Positions 27,811-45,802 of a DNA stretch of 64,000 bases are shown here, piece after piece. A program made the translations under genes and the position numbers. How positions within the stretch are numbered: position 1 is the first letter of the stretch; the number at the start of each line of letters is the position of its first letter. Source of the DNA: Eledone cirrhosa (Eukaryota); the NCBI GenBank assembly GCA_964016885.1, contig OZ024743.1, positions 308,078,001-308,142,000 of the forward strand. Reading direction: 5' to 3'. Under the pieces are notes generated by a model. The model worked only from the letters and a program-made list of their open reading frames with translations. It was not told the origin of the DNA and did not search any database.

Positions 27811-28376
27811 ACAACCTGTCTCATGGTCGGGTCGTTGGCGACTAAACTGGCAACCCCACCAAGGTTTCTTGGTGAGGAGGGTGACTTTGGACATCCTGCA
27901 GGACTAAAAACAAAACCTGTCAAAGGGCAAAGGAGCTCTTAAGAGTCAATGGCCATCCAAAATCACCGGGAGAGATGACCCCTTAGCCTTTGTCAAGGCA
28001 GAATTCTAGGAGAAGGAAAACTCTGATATAACACCTGCAACCTTGATGGTATCCAATGATGTTGACTTGTTCTTCTTTTTGGTAAATTTCATCTTGGTTA
28101 AGGGAGTGGGACTGGCTTTGTGCAGTGCCTTTGCTCACTATAAAAGCTTCACGGCACAGGCATTGCTTTCTATCTAGAGATCACTCTGCACTTGTCGTCA
28201 CATGGTACCATGGGCCCAGCACTATGTGTCAATAATTGTCACAAGTGTAGTGTTTGTACCAGAGTTTTCAAGTCGCTGGCTGAACTAAAAATCACACTCG
28301 TTCAGCGCATCGGTAGGGGTTCTCCTACATGGATATAAAGTAGTGGCCGTACTCGAAAACGAGTTGGCAGCCACCA
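27811..28376. mobile_element. Unclassified ~540-565 bp dispersed repeat, copy 2
   Basis: Matches 14349-14885; bounded by (TATG)n and TA. Confidence 0.85.
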
Positions 28377-28384
28377 TATATATA

Positions 28385-30935
28385 TGTATGTTCTTCTGGT
28401 TTTATAATTTCGCAAATTTTTTCCCAATAGAGAGAGAGCCAGTTTCTAACATAGACACACGACTCTCTCATTGGAATTTACACAACATCAACTAGGTAGA
28501 TTATGTATGCATGCATGTGTAGATATGGATGTTATTGTATGTGTGGATGCACACCTACAACTCAAAACATACACATCCACACATACAATAACATCCATAT
28601 CTACACATGCATGCATACATAATCTACCTAGTTGATGTTGTGTAAATTCCAATGAGAGAGTCGTGTGTCTATATTCTTTGTATCTGTACATGTGTATATG
28701 CAGTTATTAGATGCAAAATTTTTGGAATGTTTTACATATTTTTACTGTTCCATTAATGGGTTGTACTTGTAATTTCCTAACTAGTTGTGTTCTTTCTGTT
28801 CCTGTGAAGCCTAGCTTCTCAAGATTTGTTTTGAGGCAGTTACTAACATACCCTAGTACCCCAATAATCACAGGCATAAATCTGAAGGTGTAATCAGGGT
28901 GGAGTATCTGCAGATTTCTCATCAGTTCTGCATAAATATTTTCGCTAATCTTTGATATTATATTGGCATCTGCTGGGCAGCTAATTTCCACTACTGTGCA
29001 TGCTTTCTTATCCCTGTCCCATATAATATCTGGTCTGTTATGCCTGCATTTTATTGGGGTTTTTACTGGAACATTCCACCAGTACTCTTTCATATTATGT
29101 ACATGGATGTCTTCCGCATTATTGTAGCTATTAATGTGTTTATTATCGGGGCTATCTTTTTTACGAACTGCATTGTACAGTGTTTTGGCCACTACATCAT
29201 ATCTCATAGGTAGATAGTACCGCGATGACATCTTTGGACAGCTGCTGATGACATGCGTGATATCCTCGATGTTAGTTCTGCAGAGTCTGCACTTGTTATC
29301 ACATCTAGGTGTTTTGCCTGCATCTCTATCTCTTTTGTGAATCAGGTATTTCGTGCTAATCTCCTGTTCTTGGATTGCAAAAGCGTATTCTTCAAAGTGG
29401 GAGCCAATATAGCGGTTGTTGGTCCAAGATAGACTAATTTCCTTATCTATATTACTCTCACTCTGAAGCTTCCTGGCAATATATCCATGCATCATTTTTT
29501 GCTGATAAGCATGCAGTTTTTCATCCATGGATTCACTGCGATACTGCTGAGCAACTTCCCTGGGTGTGAGTTTTTGATTATCACACAGAGAATATCTCTC
29601 GAGGAGTTCCTTCCCAACTCTCATGATCTTATCTGTTTCATGCAGATAGACTTGCTCGAGAAACGGGCTCCTACGCTTCGAAGTTCGTAGATCTCGGAGA
29701 GATATGATGCGACATTCAAATGTTGTCTGGACTGATGTTAGGCTTCTTCCTCACTGCTTACGTTTCAAGTAAAGTCGGTCTATGTCACTGTTGATGTGGA
29801 AGTTTCCGGTGCTGTTTAGTATTTTTCGAGTTCCAACATCAACTGCTCGGATTTCGTTTATCGTCCAATTGAGTATTCCAAACGTTGGTGTTAGGACAGG
29901 CACAGCAAACACATTGTGAGCCACTGTTTTGTTTTGCGCAGATCGGGTGTAGTATTCGCTGGTTACGCGTTCCTTATTACAGATACCATTATAGGATATG
30001 TTCTCCTCTATCCCCAGATATCTGTAGCAGTCCTCATCAGATATCGGTGAAACAGTTAGGCCATTGATGACAATGTTGCTAGATTGGGTGGTTGTTTTTC
30101 CCCGCATGTATGAGCATTTATCTTGGCCAAACTCCATTCCTATATCCTTTGAGAACGTTATAACCAGGTCAAGATTTTTCTTCATTCCATCCATGTTCTT
30201 GGCATAGAGTTTCAGATCGTCCACAAAGAAATTATGGGTTAGGTTACTCCTGTGAGCCAATGATGTATCCCTCACATTTCTTGAGCAGAAAGGACAAGGC
30301 GTTTAATGACAAGATGAATAATATCACAGAGAGACTGTCCCCCTGAAATACACCCCTGCAATATTTTATTTTATCAGTGAAAATAGAGTCCTCACTCTCT
30401 GTCTTTAACCTTAGGATAGTAGCCCAAGAAGAAGACAGCCTCTATATGGCTCTGATAATAATGTCTGGGACTTTAGCAAGTTGGAGAGCCTCTATCATCA
30501 AATAGTGGAGAGCAGAATCGAAAGCTTTCCTGTAGTCCAGCCAGACTGTAGCCATATTCCTCCTAAGTTGTCGCACCTCCGACATCGCAGTTTTGTTGAT
30601 TAGGAGTTGTTCAGCAGATCCCCAAACCCCTTTCTTTCCAGCTGCTTGTTCATCTGTGATGATGTTATTATTTTCACAGTGATCTTGGAGGAATAGGTTC
30701 AGACAGGCTGTATACATCTTATACATCAGGTTCTGGCATGCAATAGGTCGGTAGTTTTTTGCCAAGTGGGTGCTTTGTTCTTGTGCTAGTGTCAACCATT
30801 CTGGTATAAGTGTATCTCCCTTAATAACTTGTTGGTAGATACCTCCGATAGAATATCAGTTTTTTGTACCAGTAGCCGACAATTATGTTTCTTGCTGGTG
30901 TTTTCTTAACTTGGAGTTTTCCTATCACAGTCTCA
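28385..30935 (-). mobile_element. 5'-truncated RLE-type non-LTR retrotransposon (R4/Dong-like), pseudogenised
   Basis: RT motifs NYRPIAC, WLDYRKAFDS, FQGDSLS, FFVDDLKLY; CCHC knuckle CRLC...EDITHVISSC; restriction-like endonuclease RPDII...VEISCP; flanked by TATG/TA repeats. Confidence 0.88.
28451..28672. repeat. ~99 bp perfect inverted repeat with 24 bp spacer
   Basis: 28451-28549 is the reverse complement of 28574-28672. Confidence 0.92.
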
Positions 30936-33900
30936 ATGTATGTATGTATGTATGTATGTATGTATGTATGTATGTATGTATGTATGTATGTATGTATGTA
31001 TGTATGTATGTATGTACATATATGTATATATATATGTATATATATATGTATATATATATGTATATATATATATATGTATATATATATATGTATGTATATA
31101 TATATATATATGTATATTTATATGTATATATATATATTTATAACAAAAAAAGTGTGGTAAAGAACCAGGTGGACCATAACGCACCAGAGTACTCGATACT
31201 TAGGGTAGTAGAGTGGGTAATACGAAAAGAGTCAGGACCCCGACGGCTGAGCTCCAACCGTTTCGACAGCTAGATCCGAACACGATATGGGAATTTTGAT
31301 TGCGTTTTTTGTAGTTTCAGGTTTTTCCCAAAACTGTTACAGGGACGTGAATATAATGAAAATGTTTTAACCGGAAGTCGAAACCACGTTAAAAGCAGGA
31401 TGGATTTGCTTGAGGCCTACTTTTAACATCATACGATATTTGCTAATCAGAGTAAAAAACAAAACCGATAAATAAATATATAATTTTTTAAACAAACGTC
31501 GTGTGAAGCTCTACTCTCGAACTTACGAAGCACCGAAGAAATAAATTCATAGGTTTAGGAAGCTGAAGCGCAGAAAATAACTGCAATTACAGTCAGTTGT
31601 AATAAAATACCTTATAAAAATTGGGCAAAGACCCTCAGAGACGGAAAAAGATGTTGATAGTCGCCGCTACGTGTAATCGAACTTCGTATCTCAGTTATTC
31701 TCTGCGCTTGAGTCTCCTACATTTTCTATAGATATACATTTAATGTTGCCTGGTTGAATCTGACAAAGAATTGCAATATAATATTAGTGTAATATCATTA
31801 ATGTACGATGTAATACAAATTAGATTACTTGAAATAAACTAGACGACTAAAATAGTTGGATAAGCGCTGGTGAACCGAATTTAATGTGGCGAATTAACAC
31901 AGTTGTTAGAATGTCAGAAAAAATGTTCTACGGCATTCTCTATATATCTAAGCGGTCAGTTAGAACGTTAGATATTTGTTCCAGTTTCAATGTTCTAAGT
32001 TCAAATTTTGCCGAGGTCTACGATGCCTTTCATTCTTTCGAGGTCAATAAATCAAGTAGTAATCCAATACTAGGGCTGGTTCTTCCAGTGTCTCTCTTCC
32101 TCACTTCCTCTCACTCGCTCCTTCTGACTCTCTGGAAGATATCGTTCTGACCAGTAAAGTGATGGGCTACACCAGGTTTAAAATATCCAAGATGCATATT
32201 TCACAACGGTGCTCCTACGATTCAATCAGGAGTTCATGGTCCGATTGATGGATCGATACATGCCAATATATCGACAAAGTTTCCTTTTTTTAACCGTTTC
32301 TGTACCAAAGAGGTTTAAACTATTCCTCTTCCATTGTTAATGCGTTTAGGAAAGGCATTAATATCATATATTTGATGAAGATAGTAATGTACTTCACTAA
32401 ATACCTCGTAGTATTTACTCTCGTCCTTCCCAGTTCAACTAACATAAGATCAACTAACATAAGATCAATAAAGTAATTATTGATTTTTACATAGGTCCAA
32501 CACCATAACTTCTAGAGAGTGTATTCGATTACCGTATTTCACGGCGCCAAAGACGCTTCGTCGTCGAGGAAACAACTTAATTTGACAACCAAAAATTTGA
32601 AAAAAAATAATAAACAAACTTCAGTCTTAAGGACGCATGGTAGATTTTTGAGACTTATTTTATGAAAAAAAGTAGCGTCTTCGACGCCGGGAAATATTGA
32701 TCCTAGTTCTTGATTCGTACTTTATTTTACCGACCTTGGAAAATTAAATGCTAAGTTGATGTAAGTAGGATTCGATCTCAGAACATAAAAGACGTTACTA
32801 TCACAATGCGTTTTGTCCAGTGCTCTATCGATTATTCCTACTAAACATTTTACTTGCATGTCGATTCGCTAGATCGATGACAATATAGAATTGTCAAAAT
32901 ATCATCAAACTGAAAATTGAGCAATAAGACAGCGGCCGGCTTGAAGAGGGAGCCCCATGAAGATGGGGGGGGGGGCTGTTGCAGAGGGTGTCTCTAGCCA
33001 TTTATCGCGGTGGTCCACTTGAGGAGTTAACATCGGGAGTGGGGTGGCTGTTGCAACGAGTGTCTCTAGCCATTCTCCTGCAGGTATCTCGAGCCATTCT
33101 GTCTACTTGAGGAGGGAAGCACATGAAGTGGGGTGGCTTTTGCAGCGGGTGTCTCTGGCCATTATCCGTGGTAGTACCTCTGCCATTTTGTCTGTGGGGC
33201 GCGACTGAGGGACTCCACAGACTGGAGCGCAGTGTCTGTCCCTCCCCCTCTTCCTTTCTTTCGTTGCTTGATTCTTTTTCTTTTTCTTCTTCTTCTATGA
33301 TTTTGCCTTACTTGTTATTTTCCTATTTCAAAAATGTTTGTTTGTCCTTAATTTTTTGTTAGCTTCATTAATATGGAGGCACCTGGCTTAGTGGTAAGCG
33401 TGTTGAGCGGACAACCGTAATGCCGTATGTTCGATTCCTGGACTGGTTTGTGTGTTGTATTCCCGTATACTCAGTTTAAAATGAGTACCAGCAGCATTAC
33501 CTGGGGTTTAACGCTGCGATTGACTGACATCCTGTCCAGGAGAAGGGAGCGGTCTTGTACTTTCCGTCGCTTCACACTATGGAAACCGGGATAAAAAGAT
33601 GCCTGACGAACCCCCGAGTTCAAGACAAACTTTAAATTGTTAGCTTCGTTAATAGAATACGCACAAAAACAAAACAAAAAGCAGAAATGAATAGAAAATC
33701 CAAAAGATTTATTTGATATATTATTACAAATTATATCAAGGCTAATTTATTAATTAAGGTGATAGAGTGAGTTATTGATAGATTGGAGTGTGCGTAGGTC
33801 TATTTTATAACCACTTTGAATTGAAACTAATTTTAACGAGGTGTTTATATTTCACCATCACCTTTCATCTTGTGTCGGTCACTCACCTCTTTCTTAATGA

Positions 33901-33969
33901 GGAGAGGTGTTAACAGGTAACGTTATTTAAACTTCCGTCCGTGCTAAGTAGCTGACACTTCTCATTAGT

Positions 33970-36215
<2,246 letters not shown>

Positions 36216-36223
36216 ATATACAC

Positions 36224-36318
<95 letters not shown>

Positions 36319-36319
36319 T

Positions 36320-36419
<100 letters not shown>

Positions 36420-36422
36420 CAC

Positions 36423-36556
<134 letters not shown>

Positions 36557-36563
36557 GTATATA

Positions 36564-36638
<75 letters not shown>

Positions 36639-37054
36639 GTATATATGTATATATATATATATATATATACTCACCTCAGTCTGTGCCATGATTCGGTCTT
36701 GTTTATCTTCTATTACCAACGCCACCTAAAAAGATTTCCCTACTATATATCTGTTGAATTACTATTCTTGGGGTTTTTATTTATTTTTTTTTTCTATTTT
36801 TTCTATTTATTTTATTTATTTATTTATTCATTTATCTATTTATTCATTTATTTATTTATTTATTTACTTATTTATTTATTTCAAAAAAGCACTCTGGCTA
36901 ATTGACCACTCCCCCAAGAAAAAACGGCCTGTGCCATGTTGTGGTCCTGTGTATCTAAATACCATCCTACCCCAAAAAAGCCCCCCCCCCCCAGCCACCA
37001 CCCTTCCCTTACCACTACCTAAATGTATAAATACCAGAACTTAATATGACACCC

Positions 37055-37105
37055 AGCTTCCTGAAGATTTCATCTGAATGAAACAGTACTAGTCCTGTAG
37101 AAGCT
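37055..37105 (+). ncRNA. Type I hammerhead ribozyme
   Basis: agcttc-CTGAAGA-t-ttca-tc-tgaa-t-GAAA-cag-tactagtc-ctg-TA-gaagct, followed by AATAAA and (TA)n. Confidence 0.82.
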
Positions 37106-37124
37106 CCTTCTATAAAATAAAAAA

Positions 37125-38245
<1,121 letters not shown>

Positions 38246-38249
38246 AGGA

Positions 38250-39318
38250 AAGTGAAAAATCGGAGAATAGACCGTTAAAACATGTTTATTTAAAATATCA
38301 CCTACGTACGTTTCGCCCAGTTGGGCTTCTCAAGGGCATAAATAATCACAAGTGTTCCTTATATAGTTCGGAAAGAGTTTTGGGGGTTAAATCCACATCA
38401 AGATTCATTGCTCGCAAAAATATCTTGTTTTGATTTTGCAGCAGGTCAAGGGAGGTAACTCTGGCCGGTGTTAGGGCAGTCTTTCCCGGATAATTTTTTT
38501 TTTTTTTTCCCCGTTTGTCTGAGGCTGGGTCTGGTATGCAAGGATTGTTTTCTGGGTGTTCTTTTGCTGCGCCTGCTCGCCGGGGTGTTAAGACTTGTTG
38601 CAGGGAGATCCAGTGTACTATTTCACTCTTCATTCTTAACCCATCTAAAGAAAGATATTTTTAAGCGATGTGTACAACTTATCGCTGTTTCAGCTCTGCT
38701 GTTGATGAGCTCGTGGGGTGCAGTTATGATGTGGTAGAGCTCCATGAGGCAAAGATCGCATTTCCTCTTGAAGTTGTACGGTGCAGCCCTGCCGACAATC
38801 TCCCAGTGCGTGGAGAAGCTAATGTTTAAGTCCTTTAGTGATGTGATGTAGTCCGCGAGCGAGGTGGAGTGCCTTAGTTTTCTATTTGTGAAAGAGTGGA
38901 GATGTGTTCGAAACCTAATTTTGAACGGGCCGGAGGTGGCCCCTATATAATGTTTAACGCTATTGTGGCTAGTAATAGTGCATCTATATATAACCCTATC
39001 GGTCAAGCAGTATCCTCTAAGGGGGCATCGTCCTCTGTCGCGGCAGTTGCAATTTCTGTCGCGGTTCCGTCTATTTCCCACGATAAGGCTATCATTGTTG
39101 CTGCCTACATTGCTAGCTGCGCTACCGCAGCTGTCGTTAGCACAATTACAACCCACAGCACGCGGGATGGTGCGATTGTTATTCCGCACGCCATGTTCTG
39201 CATGTTCCCCAGTCACTTCGCGGTCATTCTGGTTGCGTCTGCGGATGCCCTTGCCAACACTATTGGATGCTGTCAGGGAGTTGTTAAGGCCGATACAGTT
39301 ATTGTCAGGTGTAGGTGC
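38250..39318 (-). mobile_element. Penelope-like element 3' fragment: GIY-YIG endonuclease plus HHR-bearing 3' end
   Basis: [23 protein letters not shown]...[21 protein letters not shown]...[11 protein letters not shown]...LINSRAE...CTH; stop at 38623. Confidence 0.88.
38296..38340 (-). ncRNA. Minimal hammerhead, U3-A8 core variant
   Basis: Minus strand: tatgccc-TTGAGAA-gccc-aact-gggc-GAAA-c-gtac-g-TA-ggtgata, then AATAAA. Confidence 0.7.
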
Positions 39319-39335
39319 GTATATATATGTATATA

Positions 39336-39424
<89 letters not shown>

Positions 39425-39425
39425 G

Positions 39426-39543
<118 letters not shown>

Positions 39544-39647
39544 TATGTGTATATGTATATATATATATGTATATGTATATGTATATATATGTATATATAT
39601 ATATATGTGTCTATATGTATATATATATATGTATATGTATATGTATA

Positions 39648-39693
<46 letters not shown>

Positions 39694-39705
39694 TGTACGT
39701 ATGTA

Positions 39706-39738
<33 letters not shown>

Positions 39739-40104
39739 TAATATTTTCTGACAAGAGAGAATTAATAAAACTTTGTTCTTATTTTCCATGGAGGTGCGTG
39801 GCTTAGTGGTTAGAGAATTGGATTCGCAATCGTAAGGTTGCGAGTTGGATTCCCAGACCGGGCGATGTGTTATGTCCTTGAGCAAGACATTTTATTTCAC
39901 ATTGCTCTTTCTGCCATGAATTGCGACTGGTTGATAGTATCAGCAATGGAAAGACCTATGTTAACATTGTTTCCTTGGTCCGATTTGACGAGTGCCACTC
40001 AACTCGCTGAACGAATGAGGTCAGGGAACTTGTCGTTCGTATTCTCCCCTTGTTCTCGGATACTTTACTGCAGCGACGGCTAATTCAAGAAACAAGTTTA
40101 TAGA

Positions 40105-40558
40105 TAGTGGATTGGCAGTATCGGTAGAGCTACAGTTCTGAGTTCTCTGTTCAAACCCCGTCGAGGTTAGCTTTACCCTTCATCCGTACGGGGTCGATAA
40201 AATAAAGTACCAGTAACGTACTAGGGTCGATTTAATCGAATTTTCCCTCCCCCAGAATGATTGGCCTTGTCCCTAAATCAGAAATTATTATTACTTGAAA
40301 TGAATCCCAAACCCCAGTCTTCGGCATCACTGTAACACTAATAATATAAGTGTTTCTAGCATTGGCACATACTCAGCAATTTGGGGGAAGAGATGAGTCG
40401 ATTATATTTACTCTAGTACTTAACTGGTACTTTATTTTACCGATTCCTGGAGGATGAAAGTCAAAGTTGACTTCGACGGGATTTGATCTAGTAAACAGTT
40501 TCAACAAACACCGCAAAGCATTTTATTCGACACTAACGATTCTGCCAATTCACCGCCC
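40105..40558. mobile_element. Two Meta-core SINEs in opposite orientation
   Basis: Plus copy ~40105-40290 and minus copy ~40350-40558 share the core. Confidence 0.8.
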
Positions 40559-41034
40559 GTAATAACAGCTGGGCCATGAATTTATGTTTCGATGCTTCAG
40601 GATACATCTTATTCATCAAAATTTAGCGATACAGTTCAATATGCACTATACATCCGGGCCATCATGGGTTGATATAGAGCTAACGAAATGAGTGAAGTAG
40701 ATGGAACGTATTCATTATATAAATAGTTATGTGTTCCTAAGGGTGGATAAAATATATCTTTTTAAATACAGTACTGTATTTCGGGAAGCCAAATGGTTAT
40801 GAAAATATATACACACATCCGTTTGCTTTATCAACAAACTAAATAAAAAGCAGTATTAGGAAATTAGTCGTATTAAATACATTGGTGGTTGACTCAGTCA
40901 GAATCCAGAGCAAATCACAAGCTGTTGAAATATCGTGAATATATACATGATCTCTTTAAATGTAAACATTTACAGCAATGTACTTAATAACCTGAATTTA
41001 AGTTAATTCAAATTTAAAATATCCCTATGAAGGG

Positions 41035-41652
41035 CACTGGGTTGACAGAACCGTTTGAGTTTCGGACAATATACTTTCTGGTATTTATTCTGAGTCTTTA
41101 TGTTTTCAGTTCAAATCCCGTCGAGGTCAAATTTGCCTTTCAACCACCAGAGGTCGACAAAATAAGATACCAGTTAAGTATTAGAGCTGGTTTCATCAGC
41201 TTTTCCCAGCCCTCAAATTGTTGTCCGTGTACCAAAATCAGAAAGCATTATTATTGGCAGTATCGGTAGAGGGTCGGACGCCATGCTTTCCAGCATAGTT
41301 ACGTCCCTTTACGATCTGAGTTCAAATCCCGCCGAGGTTGACTTTGCCTTTCATCCTTACGGGGTCGATAAAATAAAGTACCAGTAATGCACTGGGTAAT
41401 TGCTGGCCTTGTGCCTAAAGTAGAAACAATTATTATAACCCTATCGATGGATTGGCAGTAAGCAGTAGAGCGTTGGAGAACATGCTTAGCGGTTACAACT
41501 TTCTACCTTCTGAGTTCAAATCTCTCCGAGGTTAACTTTGCCTTTCATCCTTCCGGGGTCGATAAAGAAAGCACCAACAATGCACTGGGGCGATTTAATC
41601 GACTTTCCACCAAAACTGTTGGCGTTGTGCCGAAATCAGAAACCATTATTAT
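41035..41652 (+). mobile_element. Three tandem Meta-core SINEs, including the young copy 41254-41432
   Basis: Core gttcaaatc...tttgcctttca...gtcga.aaa repeated three times. Confidence 0.88.
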
Positions 41653-42117
41653 AACCCGATCCGATTTTCTAAAGACTTCTTTGCTTTCACCGATTTAAAA
41701 AAAGAATGTCTGTTGACTTTAAAGACTAAATCCACCCTCATAATGTATTTTATATTTTTCCAAAGATTTCAATTAATTGATCTTGTTGTTTTTAGATTTT
41801 AAACACACCTAGAGAGAGATTGTGTTTACTAATTGCATGAAGAATCTCAGTCAATCGAAGTTTATAAACACATTGCATATTATATGAAGACAATTTACCT
41901 TACATTTCAACATACGAAGATAATTGATATCAGTGATTGTTTATGTGAAATTCTAGGCGACAAATTAGCAGATTCATTGGGATGTTGGATAGAATGCTTT
42001 GCTGTATTCATTCTTGGTCTATACAATCCGAGTTAAAATTTAACTTTTATCAAAGATAAAGCCAGCTTTATCTTTCAATCTTTCTGAGTCAACAAACAGG
42101 TTCCTGTCTAAATGATC

Positions 42118-42352
42118 ATATGAGATTAATAATCAGTGATATATACATCAATAATTAGTGATTTATGGGATCAATATTCAATGAGAGATAAGATCAATAA
42201 TTAGTGATTTATGCGATCTATAATCAATGAGATGTGAGATCAATAATCAGTGATTTATGTGATCTATAATCAATGAGATATGAGGTCAATAATCAGTGAT
42301 TTATGTGATCTATAATCAATGATATATGAGATCAATAATCAGTGATTTATGT
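42118..42352. repeat. ~46 bp minisatellite, about 5 copies
   Basis: atgagatcaataatcagtgatttatgtgatctataatcaatgagat repeated head to tail. Confidence 0.88.
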
Positions 42353-42554
42353 CAGAAACAAACTAGAACTCAAACTAGAATTCAACTGAAATGACCAGTC
42401 TAATTTGATTACATATATTCAGTTAGCAACGGGATTAATTGATTTGTATACCAGGCCATACAGATACCTGAGGAAATAGGAAAGCAGGTGAGTTAGTAAA
42501 GGAGCGGGTTCACAGGGACATAGACTGCATCCCAAATCTAACACAATTGACGTC

Positions 42555-42750
42555 ATCTGTTTCTTCTTCGCCCACTTATTCCTGAGAGGGTCGTGGGGGC
42601 AGAGTCCTCAAACACTTCTTCCAGCGGGTCCTGTCAGAAGCAATCGTCTCCAACTGATCCGGCTGGATCCCCAAGCGAGACCAACCAAGCTCATGGATGT
42701 TATCCAACCATCTTGCTCGGGGTCTACCCCTGGCTCGCCTACCGGTTGGT
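42555..42750 (-). mobile_element. RTE LINE extreme 3' fragment
   Basis: Minus translation RGRPRARWLDNIHELGWSRLGIQPDQLETIASDRTRWKKCL. Confidence 0.75.
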
Positions 42751-43419
42751 TTTACCCCTAAAAAATATAGTTAGTCATGGGTGGGGAAAATTTTGGGTAG
42801 AATTTAGAGATAAGCTCTCAAATTTGCTCAACCAGATCTGATAACATTTAAAAAATATCAGACTTGGGGCAATGTTAATAAATTGCACTGAAATATTGAA
42901 TAAACTTTTATAGTGATTAAATTTCATTGGAAATATTGACATATATACATACTTACATATATACATGCATACATACATACCCATACTTGCATATACCCCC
43001 CACCCCCCCACACACATACATGCATACTATAACGACTATATATATATATCTATATATTCACACACATACACGCACACACACACACACATACACGCACACA
43101 TACACACACACACACACACACACTGACTGTAATATATGCCGTTCCTTTGCTGCACTTGTACAAAGAATATTCTAGTTCTAGAAGGCTTTAACATCACCAC
43201 GGCAGGGAATATCTCGCTCGCAATGTAAATATAGGTGGAGCCACATGCATTGCTATGACGAAAACAAAATATTCTTTTTAAGTTTCTGCCTCGCTAGTAT
43301 TTATTATATACATCCGTGTAACTGTACGCCAATATATTTACCGACCAGCTGTCGTATTATTACGCAGCCAAACCACCTTGTGCTATTCAGTTATACATAC
43401 ATACATACATGTGTGTGTG

Positions 43420-43499
<80 letters not shown>

Positions 43500-43704
43500 A
43501 GAGTCGAGACCCCGACGGCCGAGCTCTTGCCGCTTCAGCAGCGGAACTAGCTGTTGAAACAGTAAGAGCTCAGTCGTCGAGGTCCCGACTCTTTTGTAAT
43601 ATAACTATACTCTACTACTCCAAGTGTCGAGTACTCTGTTGAGTAATTGTCTAACCAGTTTCAAACTGAATCTATCCTGAATTATATATATATATATATA
43701 TATC

Positions 43705-44795
43705 CAGGGAGTGTAACTTGGAGTTACTGTAGGTTCACTAGGGTGAGCACTCGATGTTTAGGTTCACTTCAGTGTCGAGGTGTAGATCTAGACAGAGTGT
43801 ATTATAGTGAAAAGATAACAAGGAGGATTGGTTACTCCTTCATTACATTTATTGGTTGGTGACGCGCGTTTAGCCACTGATCAGCTCAAGTTTCGATCTG
43901 TATCGATCTTACCCGACTCTGTAATCTGCAGCTCGACAGACCCCTTAAAATGCTAGTAGAAAATGAATACATGCTATATGATAAAGTCAGAAGTTCATAT
44001 GTTGGTCAATAAAGTTTGTTTTGATTGGTGGAATAGATCATAGGGATGTTTTTGCCTGTAGTGCATGTGGGGGTGGATGTGATAAGATGGTGGTGACGGT
44101 CGCAGGCTGAGGTGGGCTGTGGTGTGGTGGTGGTGGTGATGTGGGGGGGGGGGATTGTCGGTAGACAGATTGGCATATATTTGTGGCTGATTTTTGTGTC
44201 TGGTGTGGGTGTGGGTGTGGTGTTGTTGTTTGTGGTAATGGTGTCTATGGTGGTGTGATGGATGTGTAGGTGGTGTCAAATTCAATAAAGAGATAGATAC
44301 ATAGACACACTTAGTCTTACAAAAACGTTGTATACATACACATGTGTATATATATGTGCATAGAGGGGGGGGGGGGCAGTGGAGATGGCTTTGTACATAT
44401 AAATATACTTACACACAGACACACACACTTGCGTTGTTTAGGGAGGGAAGATATGTGTTGGTGGTGTTAATGATGTTAATGATTGTTAAAGTATGGAGAT
44501 GTGCCTTGTGGTGGCGGTGGTAGTGTTGTGAGCGACAAAATATATACAGGATCGAATTTTACGATGGGTTACAGGTTAAAAAGTGACATAGGGAACACGG
44601 GTGAGCACTCGATGTTTAGGTTCACTTCAGTGTCGGGGTGTAGAGCATTACAAGGGGTCTGACGAGTCGCGGATTACAGAGTCGGGTCAGATCGATACAG
44701 ATCGAACCTAAAGCTGATCAGTCGCGAAACGCGCGTCACCAAACAATAAACGTAATGAAGGAGTAACCAATCGTCCTTGTTATTTTATTTCACTA
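43705..44795. mobile_element. pLTR-like element with inverted and direct partial repeats
   Basis: 43803-43945 is a diverged inverse of 44652-44795; 43741-43786 is directly repeated at 44599-44644; TA flanks. Confidence 0.75.
44656..44740 (+). ncRNA. Hammerhead motif with ~60 nt stem II domain
   Basis: ggt-CTGACGA-gtcgcg...tcgc-GAAA-c-gcgc-g-TC-acc, then AATAAA. Confidence 0.65.
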
Positions 44796-44829
44796 TATAT
44801 ATATATTTGAATTTCGTATTTCTAAAGAA

Positions 44830-45802
<973 letters not shown>

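Noticed and set aside
28261-28376. HDV-like ribozyme at the terminus of the 540 bp repeat
   Set aside because: Simple hairpins are present, but the nested double pseudoknot (P1/P2/P3/P1.1) could not be built by eye.
42118-42352. CRISPR-like periodic repeats (also 11412-11568 and 22170-22260)
   Set aside because: Head-to-tail minisatellites with no unique spacers, no cas genes, eukaryotic context.
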